Assembly: GCA_050290785.1 (NCBI GenBank) | Contig: JBNKIR010000041.1 | Location: 44,404 to 108,403 of the forward strand | Direction: 5' to 3' | Length of the DNA stretch: 64,000 nucleotides | Source of the DNA: Sedimenticolaceae bacterium | GTDB taxonomy: Bacteria > Pseudomonadota > Gammaproteobacteria > Chromatiales > Chromatiaceae | Part shown: piece by piece, positions 31,249 through 40,668 of the stretch | Layout of the letters: the number at the start of each line of letters is the position of its first letter | Position numbering within the stretch: position 1 is the first letter of the stretch | The notes under the pieces: model-generated | The model's input: the letters and a program-made list of their open reading frames with translations, nothing else | What the model was told of the DNA's origin: nothing | Databases searched by the model: none | Position numbers and translations under genes: made by a program

Positions 31249-31719
31249 CTATCCTGCGGTTGCCGCAAGCAGTCCCGTCTCTGACTGATATGGGAGCGCC
31301 TCGTGCCCCGCGATAAAACCGCGGCAATTTTCAGCACCGCATGAACAGTGAAACGGCCTGAACAGATGCGGTTCTGTTTGATCATAATCCATGGTGATGA
31401 TATCGCCCGGCTGTATATCCCTCTTTGCGATAAACAGTCGTCGCGTCATGTCACAGTGCATACTCGGATCGCATGAATGCAGAATCTTGCCCATGAAATA
31501 TGGGTCATGGATGTGCAGATCCGGACCAACTGTTAATGAGAACTGCGTTATGGCCTCCACAAAGTACCCGGAAAAAGCACACACAATTTCACCTTCAGAG
31601 AAGGAAGAACGCGCAATGATCCCCTCTCCTACAGAATCACTGATTCTGCAGATTTCGAAATGTTCGGTGCTTGGTTCATTAGGGAAAGGAGGTAGAGAGT
31701 CGGGATAGAATCTTTTCAT
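31249..31719 (-). CDS. SET-domain protein (putative lysine methyltransferase)
   Basis: SET motifs ILHSCDPS (NHSC-like) and GDIITMDYD, plus a post-SET CSCGAENCRG. The internal ATG at 31719 overlaps the upstream stop as ATGA. The ORF is open to 31806 (TTG). Confidence 0.8.
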   Translation of the reverse strand: MKRFYPDSLPPFPNEPSTEHFEICRISDSVGEGIIARSSFSEGEIVCAFSGYFVEAITQFSLTVGPDLHIHDPYFMGKILHSCDPSMHCDMTRRLFIAKRDIQPGDIITMDYDQTEPHLFRPFHCSCGAENCRGFIAGHEALPYQSETGLLAATAG

Positions 31720-32093
31720 CGGAAGAACACCTGGTGATTGATTAAAGAGGGACCGAATGTCTGCTGAACAAAGTCCAGGACATCGAATTCTGAGAAGGTC
31801 TTGCAACTGAAAACGTCCAGATACATGTCACGGGCCTGGTCATTGGTGTGTATTACTATGGCGCTGGTCTCAATCAGTTGCACCGCTGAGATCCCGACCT
31901 CGATACCTCCGCCAAAACGTTCTACGACAGGATCACCGAAGGCAACCATATCTATACGATCGACCAGGTCAGTCATAAAGTGGGCGATCTTCTCCTTATC
32001 CAGGATGTTTTCATTACAACCGCGGGACGTCACAATGAGATGCTTCCCATAATACCTGATCCCATCTATATCAATTCGTCGATACTCTTCCAA
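31716..32093 (-). CDS. S-adenosylmethionine-decarboxylase-fold (SpeH-like, pyruvoyl-type) protein, divergent
   Basis: 125 aa with a TTG start. GKHLIVTSRGC and GISAVQLIETSAIVIHTNDQARDMYLDVFSC align without gaps to my recollection of class-1 AdoMetDC ([31 protein letters not shown]). The processing Ser, the IHT His and the Cys are kept, but ES becomes TS and WPE becomes NDQ. Confidence 0.6.
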   Translation of the reverse strand: MEEYRRIDIDGIRYYGKHLIVTSRGCNENILDKEKIAHFMTDLVDRIDMVAFGDPVVERFGGGIEVGISAVQLIETSAIVIHTNDQARDMYLDVFSCKTFSEFDVLDFVQQTFGPSLINHQVFFR

Positions 32094-32374
32094 TTTCTCT
32101 ACCTCTTCATGGATTTATGTGAGACACAAAAAAACGCATCCAAGCTAAAAGCCACCGACCCGTTCAGGGCCAACCACTTAAAACTCGAGATGCGTTATGT
32201 AATCTTTCTTTCCTAGTCAGATGCCGGCCAGAAGCCTGCTCTGATACTTGAGTTTCAGCTCAAGGATTTCTCGGGAATGGCGTACTCCTATATGTTGATT
32301 TTTGCGAAAAATAGCACTTTTGGCGCCACTGTCAATAAATATTTCATCTGCCCCAACGATCGACGGATGTGGCA

Positions 32375-33370
32375 TTACTTCTCTGGCAGAATATATCTCC
32401 CAAGATAAGCGGAGGCCCCCAGGAGCGCCGCTCTGTCGTTTAGGATGACATGCACCGGGATGGACTTCATCAAGCCCTGCATCTTCCCTTTATTGCAGAA
32501 TGCCTCAAGAAATTGCGGCCGTTTCAACCAGTCCAATATCTTAGGGGCAATACCGCCGCCAAGGTAGATACCACCGATAGACATTATCTTAAGCGCCAGG
32601 TTTCCTGCCTCGGCGCCATATAGTCGGGAGAATATCTCCAAGGCCTCTGCGCCAACCGGATCCTCTCTATTTGTTGCAAGAGCGGTAATGGTACTGGCGG
32701 CATCGCCGCTATCCGGGGCAATATCAAGCCATGCAGGGTGCTCCAATCGACGCCTGTCCAGCAGGAATCTATAGATGGAGACCAGCCCCGGCCCAGACAC
32801 TATCTGTTCCCAACAGACATTGTGCCCATCCCGTTTAAGTTTGGAGAGCAATTCCATCTCCAGGTCACTGCCTGGCGCAAAGTCACAATGGCCGCCTTCG
32901 GTGGCAAATGGGATATGCCGTGAGCCATCCCAGAACATCCCGGCCTGGCCGAGGCCAGTACCGGCAGCGATCACTGCACAGTTCCCCATGATCACCTGCG
33001 TGCCTTGCTGAAGGGTATGGATATCCTCTTTATTCAATGAGGCGATCCCGTATGCGGTAGCCTCAAGATCATTGATCAGATGGACTGAATCTATTCCGAG
33101 TTTTTGCTCAAGCTCCCCTGCATCGATCTCCCAGGGCAGGTTTGTGGTCTTGCACCTGCGCCCAGTTATGGGTCCTGCAATGCCAAAGGCCGCATCTGAT
33201 ACGGGGCGCCCGTAAAGGGACAAAAAGTCTGCAGAGATATCCTGTAGGGAACTGTACCCGGCGCTTGGATAGGATTTCTCAAGTATCGGGACAGCCAGGT
33301 CATCAATATCAAATATTGCCAATCTGGTCTTGGTGCCACCGATGTCGCCGCTCAGGATACTCATAAGCAA
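32375..33370 (-). CDS. glk: Glucokinase
   Basis: 331 aa with an ATP-binding N-terminus (LSGDIGGTKTRLAIF) and overall Glk collinearity. Confidence 0.9.
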   Translation of the reverse strand: MLMSILSGDIGGTKTRLAIFDIDDLAVPILEKSYPSAGYSSLQDISADFLSLYGRPVSDAAFGIAGPITGRRCKTTNLPWEIDAGELEQKLGIDSVHLINDLEATAYGIASLNKEDIHTLQQGTQVIMGNCAVIAAGTGLGQAGMFWDGSRHIPFATEGGHCDFAPGSDLEMELLSKLKRDGHNVCWEQIVSGPGLVSIYRFLLDRRRLEHPAWLDIAPDSGDAASTITALATNREDPVGAEALEIFSRLYGAEAGNLALKIMSIGGIYLGGGIAPKILDWLKRPQFLEAFCNKGKMQGLMKSIPVHVILNDRAALLGASAYLGRYILPEK

Positions 33371-33574
33371 AATCCTATGCCTTATTGCGAAAAAAGAAAA
33401 AACAATTATGGATATTACGCCTAGTTTAGAGAGATATCAGCTTGTGATAATAAGATTAATATCTAAAAAGCTGTTCTTTTAGTGGCATCTATCCATATAA
33501 AGAAAACCTGACATCTGTCGCTAATATTCAGTGCGGATGGAATTTCCGTCAAAGTAGGGCTTTTTCAACTTTTT

Positions 33575-36500
33575 ATGCTTCTTAAAACTAAAATTCTAGC
33601 TGTGGTGGCGGTTGTTTTTCTTGGACACTTCGCAGTGGCTGAGTATGTCAGCCACCAACAGGTCAAGGCGGATGTCATTAATGATATCAGGGATGATGCG
33701 CGTGTGGTTCGCGGCATGGTGATGGCGCTTAGAGCCGTATATCAAAAATATATCATTGAGCACAAAGTCCCGATAAATGACATGACACTTGGGCTCCTGC
33801 CTGCTGAGGCGCTTACCCGCATCTCCCTGGAATTCAGGAACTGGGTTGATTCAGGCCTCAGCTTTAATAATGTGATTGATACACCGCGCAACCCTATCAA
33901 TATGGCAGATGAGATCGAGATGGAGGCCATAAGATACTTCAAGTCCAGACCAAAGGAAAAAGAGCGTCTGGTGCCATTCAAAGATAAGAATGGCGCCCCA
34001 TATTACCACTACTCCCAGCCCATCTGGATGGAACAGCGTTGTCTGGAATGCCATGGCGATTATGACGCAGCTCCCGAGAGCGTCAGAAAGAGATACAGCC
34101 TGGGATATGGCTATAAGTTGGGTGACTTTGGCGGGTTGATGAGCATCAAGCTACCTGCATCAATAATCGAGCAGCGCGTCAACCAGCAACTTTGGCACAA
34201 CGCATTGAGTCACTTTGGCAGTCTTCTAGTTACATATCTACTTCTATCCTGGTTATTGCAGAGCGCCGTCCTCTCCCGTATCAGCAAGCTTAAGGATGCG
34301 GCCGTCAGAATGGCCAAAGGAGACTATTCTGAACGCGCCCGGTTGCCGGGAAGTGATGAGATGACACAGGTATCCATCGCATTCGATGATATGGCACAAA
34401 AAATTGAGAAACGGGAACGGGCCCTTGAGGTACAGAAATCGCTCTATGCCGCTCTGTCCTGGACATCAAAGAGCATAACCCGGCTGGATTCACAGCGGGA
34501 ACTATTCAAGCATACCTGCCGCATCGCAGTCGAGCATGGAGGTATGGATCAGGCCTGCATCGGGTTAGTGGATGCAGATAGAGAGAGATTGGAAATAGTA
34601 GAAGGTACTGGCTATAACGTCATCGGCATAAACTATTCAATGGTCACCTCACCAGCGGAAGAGGTTGCGCCAATTGTGGTCGCCGTCAGGGAAAACAGAT
34701 CCATCGTTTCGAATGACGCCAGATCAGAGTACCCAGCACATCAGTGGCAGTGGATGCTGGCGCAAAACGGGATGCAGGCCGCCGCAATATTCCCCTTAAG
34801 ACTACACGGGAGGCCAATGGGATCTTTTTGTGTACTTTCGAGAGACAGAGGATTCTTTAGTGATGAGGTAATTGGATTGCTGGACGAGATGGCGGCTGAG
34901 ATCTCATATGCGATACATAATTACCATCTTGCCGATGAACACAGGCTAACACATAAAAGACTCGAAATATCGAGTATGGAACTGAGGCGCCTGAACAGTC
35001 AGCTGAGTCTGCTGCTCGAATCCACAGGCGAGGGCATTTATGGCATCAACACTGAAGGTAAGTGTACCTTCATCAACCAGTCGGCACTGGAGATGTTCGG
35101 TCTTACGCGAGATGAGGTGATTGGAATGGCCATTCATGAAATCACTCATCATACGCATACGGATGGGACAGAGTATCCCGCAGAATCCTGTCCCATGCAC
35201 CAGGCCTTTATCTCTGGAACACCATGTAGGGTGCAAAAAGAGGTGTTCTGGCGCAAGGACGGGAGCTCGTTTCCTGTAGAGTACTCTGCCCACCCCATAA
35301 CCGAGGCAGGCGAGTTATTAGGTGCGGTGGCGGTCTTTCGTGATGTTACCGATAGCCACGCCATGGAACAGAGACTTAGTTTTCTGGCGACCCACGATCC
35401 GTTGACCAGGCTAATGAATAGATATGCATTCGAGCAGCATCTGAAGCGGGCCCTGCAGGACGCACGCTCAAATCTTTCCCAGCACGCCCTCTGCTACATG
35501 GATCTGGATCAGTTTAAGGTGGTAAACGACACCTGTGGGCATGTGGCAGGCGATGCCATGCTTCAGATGATCGCAAAGCTATTGCCGGACAATCTCAGGC
35601 AGAGCGATACACTGGCGCGCCTGGGTGGCGATGAATTTGGCCTGCTGCTGGAGGATTGCACCCTTGAGAGGGCGGAGCTACTTACGACCAAGATATGTGA
35701 GACTGTAAAGAAATTCCGTTTTACCTGGGATGATAAGACATTTTCCATAGGTGTCAGCGTCGGTATTGCAGCGATTACCGAAGAGACTATCAGCATCGAT
35801 ACGGTAATGAGCGCTGCGGATGCCGCCTGCTATATTGCCAAAGACATGGGGCGGAACCGCGTACATATCCATATGGCCGACGATGAAGAGGTGGCTAAAC
35901 GCCAGGGCGAGATGAGGTGGGTCAGCGAGATCCAGTCAGCAATCGAAGAAGACAGATTGTACCTGGATCGTCAGGCCATCATCCCTTTGTCTGAAAAAGA
36001 GCAGGACCTGGATCACTTCGAGATACTTCTCAGGATGCGGGACAGAGAAGGCAAGGATGTACCGCCAGGTGCTTTTATTCCTGCTGCGGAGCGATTTGCC
36101 ATAATGCCCATGCTCGACCGTTGGGTAATTCAAAATACCATGTCCTGGCTAGAAGAGGCCGAGAATAGAGGTCAGCGTCTGGGGCTATGCTCTATAAATA
36201 TTTCCGGGCACTCCCTGGCGGATGGAGGACTAAAAGAGTTCATACTTGATCAGATTAATATGCATAGGATCCCTCCGGAAAAGGTGTGCTTTGAGATAAC
36301 CGAGACTGCGGCCGTAAGTAGGTTGGATCAGGCCAACCAGTTTATCGGTGAGATGAGGGGACTAGGTTGTCGTTTTGCCCTGGATGACTTTGGCACAGGG
36401 ATGTCGTCGTTTGCCTATCTTAAGAATCTGCAGGTGGATTTTATCAAGATTGACGGTAGCTTTGTGCGTGATCTATTGGAGGACCCGGTAGATTGTGGAA

Positions 36501-36658
36501 TGGTTGAGTCCATTAACCAGATCGGGCACCTGATGGGGTTGAAGACCATAGCTGAGTATGTTGAGTGCGACAAGGTACGCAAGCGTCTGGCCGAGATAGG
36601 TGTGGATTATGTGCAGGGATTCGGTGTGGCCAAACCCACACCTCTAGAGTGGGACTAG
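33575..36658 (+). CDS. DUF3365(heme-c)-HAMP-GAF-PAS-GGDEF-EAL signalling protein
   Basis: 1027 aa. The periplasmic domain has CLECHG (CxxCH). After a TM segment and HAMP come GAF and PAS. The GGDEF motif is intact (RLGGDEF) with an RQSD I-site 5 residues upstream. The EAL domain has EIL, FEITE, DDFGTG and KIDGSF motifs. Confidence 0.9.
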   Translation: MLLKTKILAVVAVVFLGHFAVAEYVSHQQVKADVINDIRDDARVVRGMVMALRAVYQKYIIEHKVPINDMTLGLLPAEALTRISLEFRNWVDSGLSFNNVIDTPRNPINMADEIEMEAIRYFKSRPKEKERLVPFKDKNGAPYYHYSQPIWMEQRCLECHGDYDAAPESVRKRYSLGYGYKLGDFGGLMSIKLPASIIEQRVNQQLWHNALSHFGSLLVTYLLLSWLLQSAVLSRISKLKDAAVRMAKGDYSERARLPGSDEMTQVSIAFDDMAQKIEKRERALEVQKSLYAALSWTSKSITRLDSQRELFKHTCRIAVEHGGMDQACIGLVDADRERLEIVEGTGYNVIGINYSMVTSPAEEVAPIVVAVRENRSIVSNDARSEYPAHQWQWMLAQNGMQAAAIFPLRLHGRPMGSFCVLSRDRGFFSDEVIGLLDEMAAEISYAIHNYHLADEHRLTHKRLEISSMELRRLNSQLSLLLESTGEGIYGINTEGKCTFINQSALEMFGLTRDEVIGMAIHEITHHTHTDGTEYPAESCPMHQAFISGTPCRVQKEVFWRKDGSSFPVEYSAHPITEAGELLGAVAVFRDVTDSHAMEQRLSFLATHDPLTRLMNRYAFEQHLKRALQDARSNLSQHALCYMDLDQFKVVNDTCGHVAGDAMLQMIAKLLPDNLRQSDTLARLGGDEFGLLLEDCTLERAELLTTKICETVKKFRFTWDDKTFSIGVSVGIAAITEETISIDTVMSAADAACYIAKDMGRNRVHIHMADDEEVAKRQGEMRWVSEIQSAIEEDRLYLDRQAIIPLSEKEQDLDHFEILLRMRDREGKDVPPGAFIPAAERFAIMPMLDRWVIQNTMSWLEEAENRGQRLGLCSINISGHSLADGGLKEFILDQINMHRIPPEKVCFEITETAAVSRLDQANQFIGEMRGLGCRFALDDFGTGMSSFAYLKNLQVDFIKIDGSFVRDLLEDPVDCGMVESINQIGHLMGLKTIAEYVECDKVRKRLAEIGVDYVQGFGVAKPTPLEWD

Positions 36659-36893
36659 AAGATTCACACGCATTTGGTTGAATCTTCGGATGTACTAATA
36701 AGGGAGATGCATAGCCTCTTTTGTCATTGGGATTCCCGATAATTTCACGGCTATCTCCGGTTAGTTGTGAGATTAATCAGGATATCACTACAGTTTGTCA
36801 TAAATTTATTGTCTAGATCGGGTGGAAGTCTATACTTCTTTGTTACCTGAGGCCTCAGTCGGGATATCAAATCAGCAATCAGGGAGGTTGGAT

Positions 36894-38618
36894 GTGGCCA
36901 GTGTAAAGAATTACAACCTGTTTCTGTTGCCTAAAAGGCACAGCTCATTCAAGACGCGGGATGAGTTTACAAAAAAGAATATCAAACAGTGGATAGATGG
37001 TCTGCCCCTGGGAGGGGATCCGGAGAACTCTGCATTTGATCTATACGGCAAGTTGGACCGTCTTAACCGCCTTGAGCTCTCCCCGGCAAACAGATTTGAG
37101 ATCCTGGAACTGATAGAGCAACCCCTTGAATTCGTCCTGGGTGCATTGAAAAGGGAGTGCGCTGAAGGTGAAGCACCCCTAAATATCAAGAGACGCATGG
37201 TGGCGGATTTGCGGCTCGACATCCTGATCCAGGCGGTAAAGGCCTATAAGACAGTACTGTCGCAATTTCATGACGCCACCATCACCGGGCTTCTATTCCA
37301 TAAGCACACCAGGAGTAAGGCGCTGAGAAACGCCCTCTTTTACCTGGGTGAGTCCATACTGCACTCCTATCTGACCTATCAACCTTGCCTGCAATATGCC
37401 TGGAAGGAGCTGCACGGCATCTATTACTACTCAGTAATAAACGAACTGCAGACGCCTAAAGATATTGTGGCTAATACAGATCACCCAGACCAGATCGGTA
37501 TAGATGGGCTGTATAAACAGATGCTGTTACTGGCCCTGGCAAATCCCAATGCAATGCTTTGCGGAGAGGTGGAGAGGGTCTACGATATCCTGAAGAAGTG
37601 GGTGTCCTTTGTGGATCTGGTTCCGATCAAAAGTGCAGTAACGTCCGAATCGTTCTTTCTGATCGACGCCCAGAGTGACGGTATACCTTGCGCTCCTAAT
37701 CTGTGCAGAAACGAGATGATCCGTGTCGGCTGGTATTTAATTACAGACGAACTGGAAAAGACTCTTGCCAAAAAGGTGGCCGTGGCGGAGGCGGCACAGG
37801 CCAGTATGCGTCCCACCGATGCTGGGGCCTTGAGACTGATGAAGAGGCTGAAAGACGCCTGGTCGCAACAGATCAGATCGCGCGAACTGAGGAGTCGCTC
37901 CTCAGGCGTTGTAGAGCTGATTTGCGGCCTGGATTCCCTGCATCTAGCCCACGGAGGTCAAGATATGGATCATGGCAGGTCAAGGCCATCATCGTCGGAC
38001 TCCACCAGATCCACCCCAGGTCATCACATCATCGACTCTCCCATACTGGATAATGATGAGGTCCTGATAGAGGTTAAGCCTGGAGTCTTGGAGCTGCATA
38101 GGTCCTATGAGGTGAAACGAGGTCAACCTGAGAGAGCTCAGCATAGGGTCGGCGGTAAAGAGTGCATCGCCTCAAATAGAAGCGAAAACGGGTATGGCCT
38201 GAATTGGCCAGACAGCGGAGACGGAGGTACCAGGGTAGGTGAGTTGGTGGGGTTAAATCCCATCAACGGCGAAGCGAATGAAACCTATCTGAGTCTGGGG
38301 GTGGTTCGCTGGATGTCCGCTGAGCAGCCAGGGTTCATGGGCATGGGCATAGAGCTGCTACACGGTAAGATCGAGCCTGTTATCCTGCAACGCAGTCGGA
38401 AGGGCGTGAAGCAGATGGAGTACATAAAGGGGTTTTTACAGCATGATGCTGAGGAAGATTCCCTCAGTCTGATCGCCCCGCCTTTATATGTGACAAAAGA
38501 AGATCGATACACTGTGGTTACGGGGAACGAAGAGATCCCGGTAGATTTAATCAACATCGTCGATAGCACAGATTCATTTGTAAGATTTAAATTTGAACAG
38601 CTCTCCATAAACGCTTGA
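36894..38618 (+). CDS. Uncharacterised protein, paralog A (novel N-domain plus split PilZ-like C-terminus)
   Basis: The GTG at 36894 follows a strong AGGGAGG Shine-Dalgarno sequence and aligns with the N-terminus of paralog B. The ORF is open from 36822. Blocks shared with paralog B are KQWI..LP, NRL.(L/M)SP..RFE, AYKTV(L/M)SQFH, HK.TRS, W(K/R)ELHGIY.Y.VIN, SGVVE(L/V)I.G..SLH and LG(V/I)(V/I)RWM. It also has NRSENG, which fits the PilZ (D/N)xSxxG motif. Confidence 0.8.
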   Translation: MASVKNYNLFLLPKRHSSFKTRDEFTKKNIKQWIDGLPLGGDPENSAFDLYGKLDRLNRLELSPANRFEILELIEQPLEFVLGALKRECAEGEAPLNIKRRMVADLRLDILIQAVKAYKTVLSQFHDATITGLLFHKHTRSKALRNALFYLGESILHSYLTYQPCLQYAWKELHGIYYYSVINELQTPKDIVANTDHPDQIGIDGLYKQMLLLALANPNAMLCGEVERVYDILKKWVSFVDLVPIKSAVTSESFFLIDAQSDGIPCAPNLCRNEMIRVGWYLITDELEKTLAKKVAVAEAAQASMRPTDAGALRLMKRLKDAWSQQIRSRELRSRSSGVVELICGLDSLHLAHGGQDMDHGRSRPSSSDSTRSTPGHHIIDSPILDNDEVLIEVKPGVLELHRSYEVKRGQPERAQHRVGGKECIASNRSENGYGLNWPDSGDGGTRVGELVGLNPINGEANETYLSLGVVRWMSAEQPGFMGMGIELLHGKIEPVILQRSRKGVKQMEYIKGFLQHDAEEDSLSLIAPPLYVTKEDRYTVVTGNEEIPVDLINIVDSTDSFVRFKFEQLSINA

Positions 38619-38654
38619 AGTTCGTATAATAAACAAGCATCAACCATTTGACCC

Positions 38655-38685
38655 GGGGCGCGAAATCATGGCGCCTCGTTCTTTA
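38655..38685 (+). terminator. Weak hairpin plus T-rich tract after paralog A
   Basis: GGGGCGC (38655-38661) pairs with GCGCCTC (38671-38677), giving 7 bp with one G-U pair. GTTCTTTAT follows. Confidence 0.3.
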
Positions 38686-38797
38686 TATCACCCGCCTCAG
38701 AAATTGAGTTTATACTTAAAACAGTATATTAATTACCTGATTATATTTTGTTTTTACCTGATTCGGCTGGTTAATCGAGGATGTCTGGAGATGCTGC

Positions 38798-40645
38798 ATG
38801 ACGAGGGTTAATATGAATCCATTTATCCTGCCTGAGAGATCAACGCCGGATAAGCTAGAAGATGAGTATGACCATAAGGCGTTCAAGCAGTGGATTTCTG
38901 ACCTCCCTATTGGAAATGTCGGGAATGTAGCGCGTTCCCTGCATTATGAAATAAACCGGCACAACCGTCTGGACATGTCTCCGTTAGAGCGATTTGAGGC
39001 CATGCAGATGATGTTGCCCGCATTAGCCTTTGTGCGTGAGGGATTGTGGTCGCACTATGCAAGCAAGCCCTTTCCCCTTTCCAAGGAGAACAGGCTTATC
39101 GCCCGCCTTCATCTTGAGCTGCTCGTGGGTGTTGTGGTGGCGTACAAGACCGTCATGTCGCAATTTCATAGCGACTCCTTTACCGGCCATCTCCTGCACA
39201 AACGCACCAGATCAGAATCGGTACGGCATGCACTATTTTTTCTCGCTGAGATCCTATCGCATGAGTATGCGATATACAGGGCAAGCCCTAAATTTGTCTG
39301 GAGAGAACTGCACGGAATCTATCATTATGCAGTGATAAATGATCTGCGACTGAATGAGATTGAGGTGACAGATGACGATGCTGTCGACCACATGACCGTG
39401 GATGATATTTATAAGAGGATCCTCCTGCTTGCCCTGACAGATCCCGGCTCGTTGCTTCGAGGCGAGATCACCAGAGTAAGTGATGCCTTGATCGACTGGC
39501 TGCCTGAGATCCCAATCATCCCCGTCGGCAGTGGAATGCCGTCTCCTTCCGTTTTCATCGTCGATGCGACAAAAGATGCGCCTCCCCACGTTACAGACAA
39601 AACAGGAATGGAGCGGATTAAGATCGGCTGGTTTTTACTCACTGATCGGTTGAATGAGATCCTGGACCAGGAGATAAGTGAGATCAGAGGCAGATCGAAA
39701 AGTAAACTGCGCCCGGTAGATCTGGTGACTGCGACCCTTTTTGCCAAGCTGCGCAAGAGATGGACGCCGGACGCGGTCTTACGTGAAGAGCGCACCGATG
39801 GCTCAGGTGTTGTCGAAGTGATCAGCGGCATAGAGTCGTTGCATTGGCTGTTCGGTGGCTGGAAGCTACAACAGGAGATAGAGGATGAGCCTGATGACCC
39901 GATAGATACATGGTCCGGAGATGAGGAGAGCGACGATAGGCCGGTTCGCACACTGGAACGGGATGAATTCATTATCGATGCAGATCCGGAACTTATAGCG
40001 GCGATAGGCTCTGCTGCAAAACCGAAGAGAGACGAGGTTGAGGCCAATGGGAAGGCACAGGATGAAGTGGAGGTGGATTTTTATAACGCCGTGGCAGATG
40101 GCGAGTCCAGTGGCGAGGAGTGCACCTGTGTGAACCAAAGCAAAAGGGGTTACTATCTAACCTGGACTGGGGAAGGGGAATATCAGGCGCATGTTGGCGA
40201 ACTGATAGGGGTCAACTCAAGGGATAACCTGGATTTTGACAGTTCCTGGCGTCTGGGCATCATCCGCTGGATGCGCATGCAATCAAGCGGTCTGATGGGG
40301 TTTGGCATCGAACTGCTCGATGGAGATATTGAGTCAATCAGGCTTGATTCCAGACACACCATGGACTCCGCCCCCAATCCCACCCTGGGATTCCAGCAAA
40401 AGATTAACGGCAGGATCGATACCCTGGTCACCCGGCCCTTCCTCTTTAACAAGGGCGATAAATTGATGTTAACCACTGTAGATGGTGAAATGCCTGTTGT
40501 ACCGGGTGAGACTATAGAGTGTACGGACGCCTTTATTCGTTTTAAGATCCATTTTGATTCGCACTCGAAAGGGAAGACCAAGAAAGCTCCCACAAAAAAT
40601 ACTGGGGCTGAGGATATTTTCAATAACATTTGGGACGATCTGTAG
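38798..40645 (+). CDS. Uncharacterised protein, paralog B (novel N-domain plus split PilZ-like C-terminus)
   Basis: 615 aa with a GGAG Shine-Dalgarno sequence 7 nt upstream. It is collinear with paralog A over its whole length. It has NQSKRG ((D/N)xSxxG) and a long acidic insert (EDEPDDPIDTWSGDEESDD...) between the conserved SGVVEVISG strand and the rest of the beta-rich C-terminus. Confidence 0.85.
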   Translation: MTRVNMNPFILPERSTPDKLEDEYDHKAFKQWISDLPIGNVGNVARSLHYEINRHNRLDMSPLERFEAMQMMLPALAFVREGLWSHYASKPFPLSKENRLIARLHLELLVGVVVAYKTVMSQFHSDSFTGHLLHKRTRSESVRHALFFLAEILSHEYAIYRASPKFVWRELHGIYHYAVINDLRLNEIEVTDDDAVDHMTVDDIYKRILLLALTDPGSLLRGEITRVSDALIDWLPEIPIIPVGSGMPSPSVFIVDATKDAPPHVTDKTGMERIKIGWFLLTDRLNEILDQEISEIRGRSKSKLRPVDLVTATLFAKLRKRWTPDAVLREERTDGSGVVEVISGIESLHWLFGGWKLQQEIEDEPDDPIDTWSGDEESDDRPVRTLERDEFIIDADPELIAAIGSAAKPKRDEVEANGKAQDEVEVDFYNAVADGESSGEECTCVNQSKRGYYLTWTGEGEYQAHVGELIGVNSRDNLDFDSSWRLGIIRWMRMQSSGLMGFGIELLDGDIESIRLDSRHTMDSAPNPTLGFQQKINGRIDTLVTRPFLFNKGDKLMLTTVDGEMPVVPGETIECTDAFIRFKIHFDSHSKGKTKKAPTKNTGAEDIFNNIWDDL

Positions 40646-40668
40646 TCCAATAACTTAACAGCAATAAC

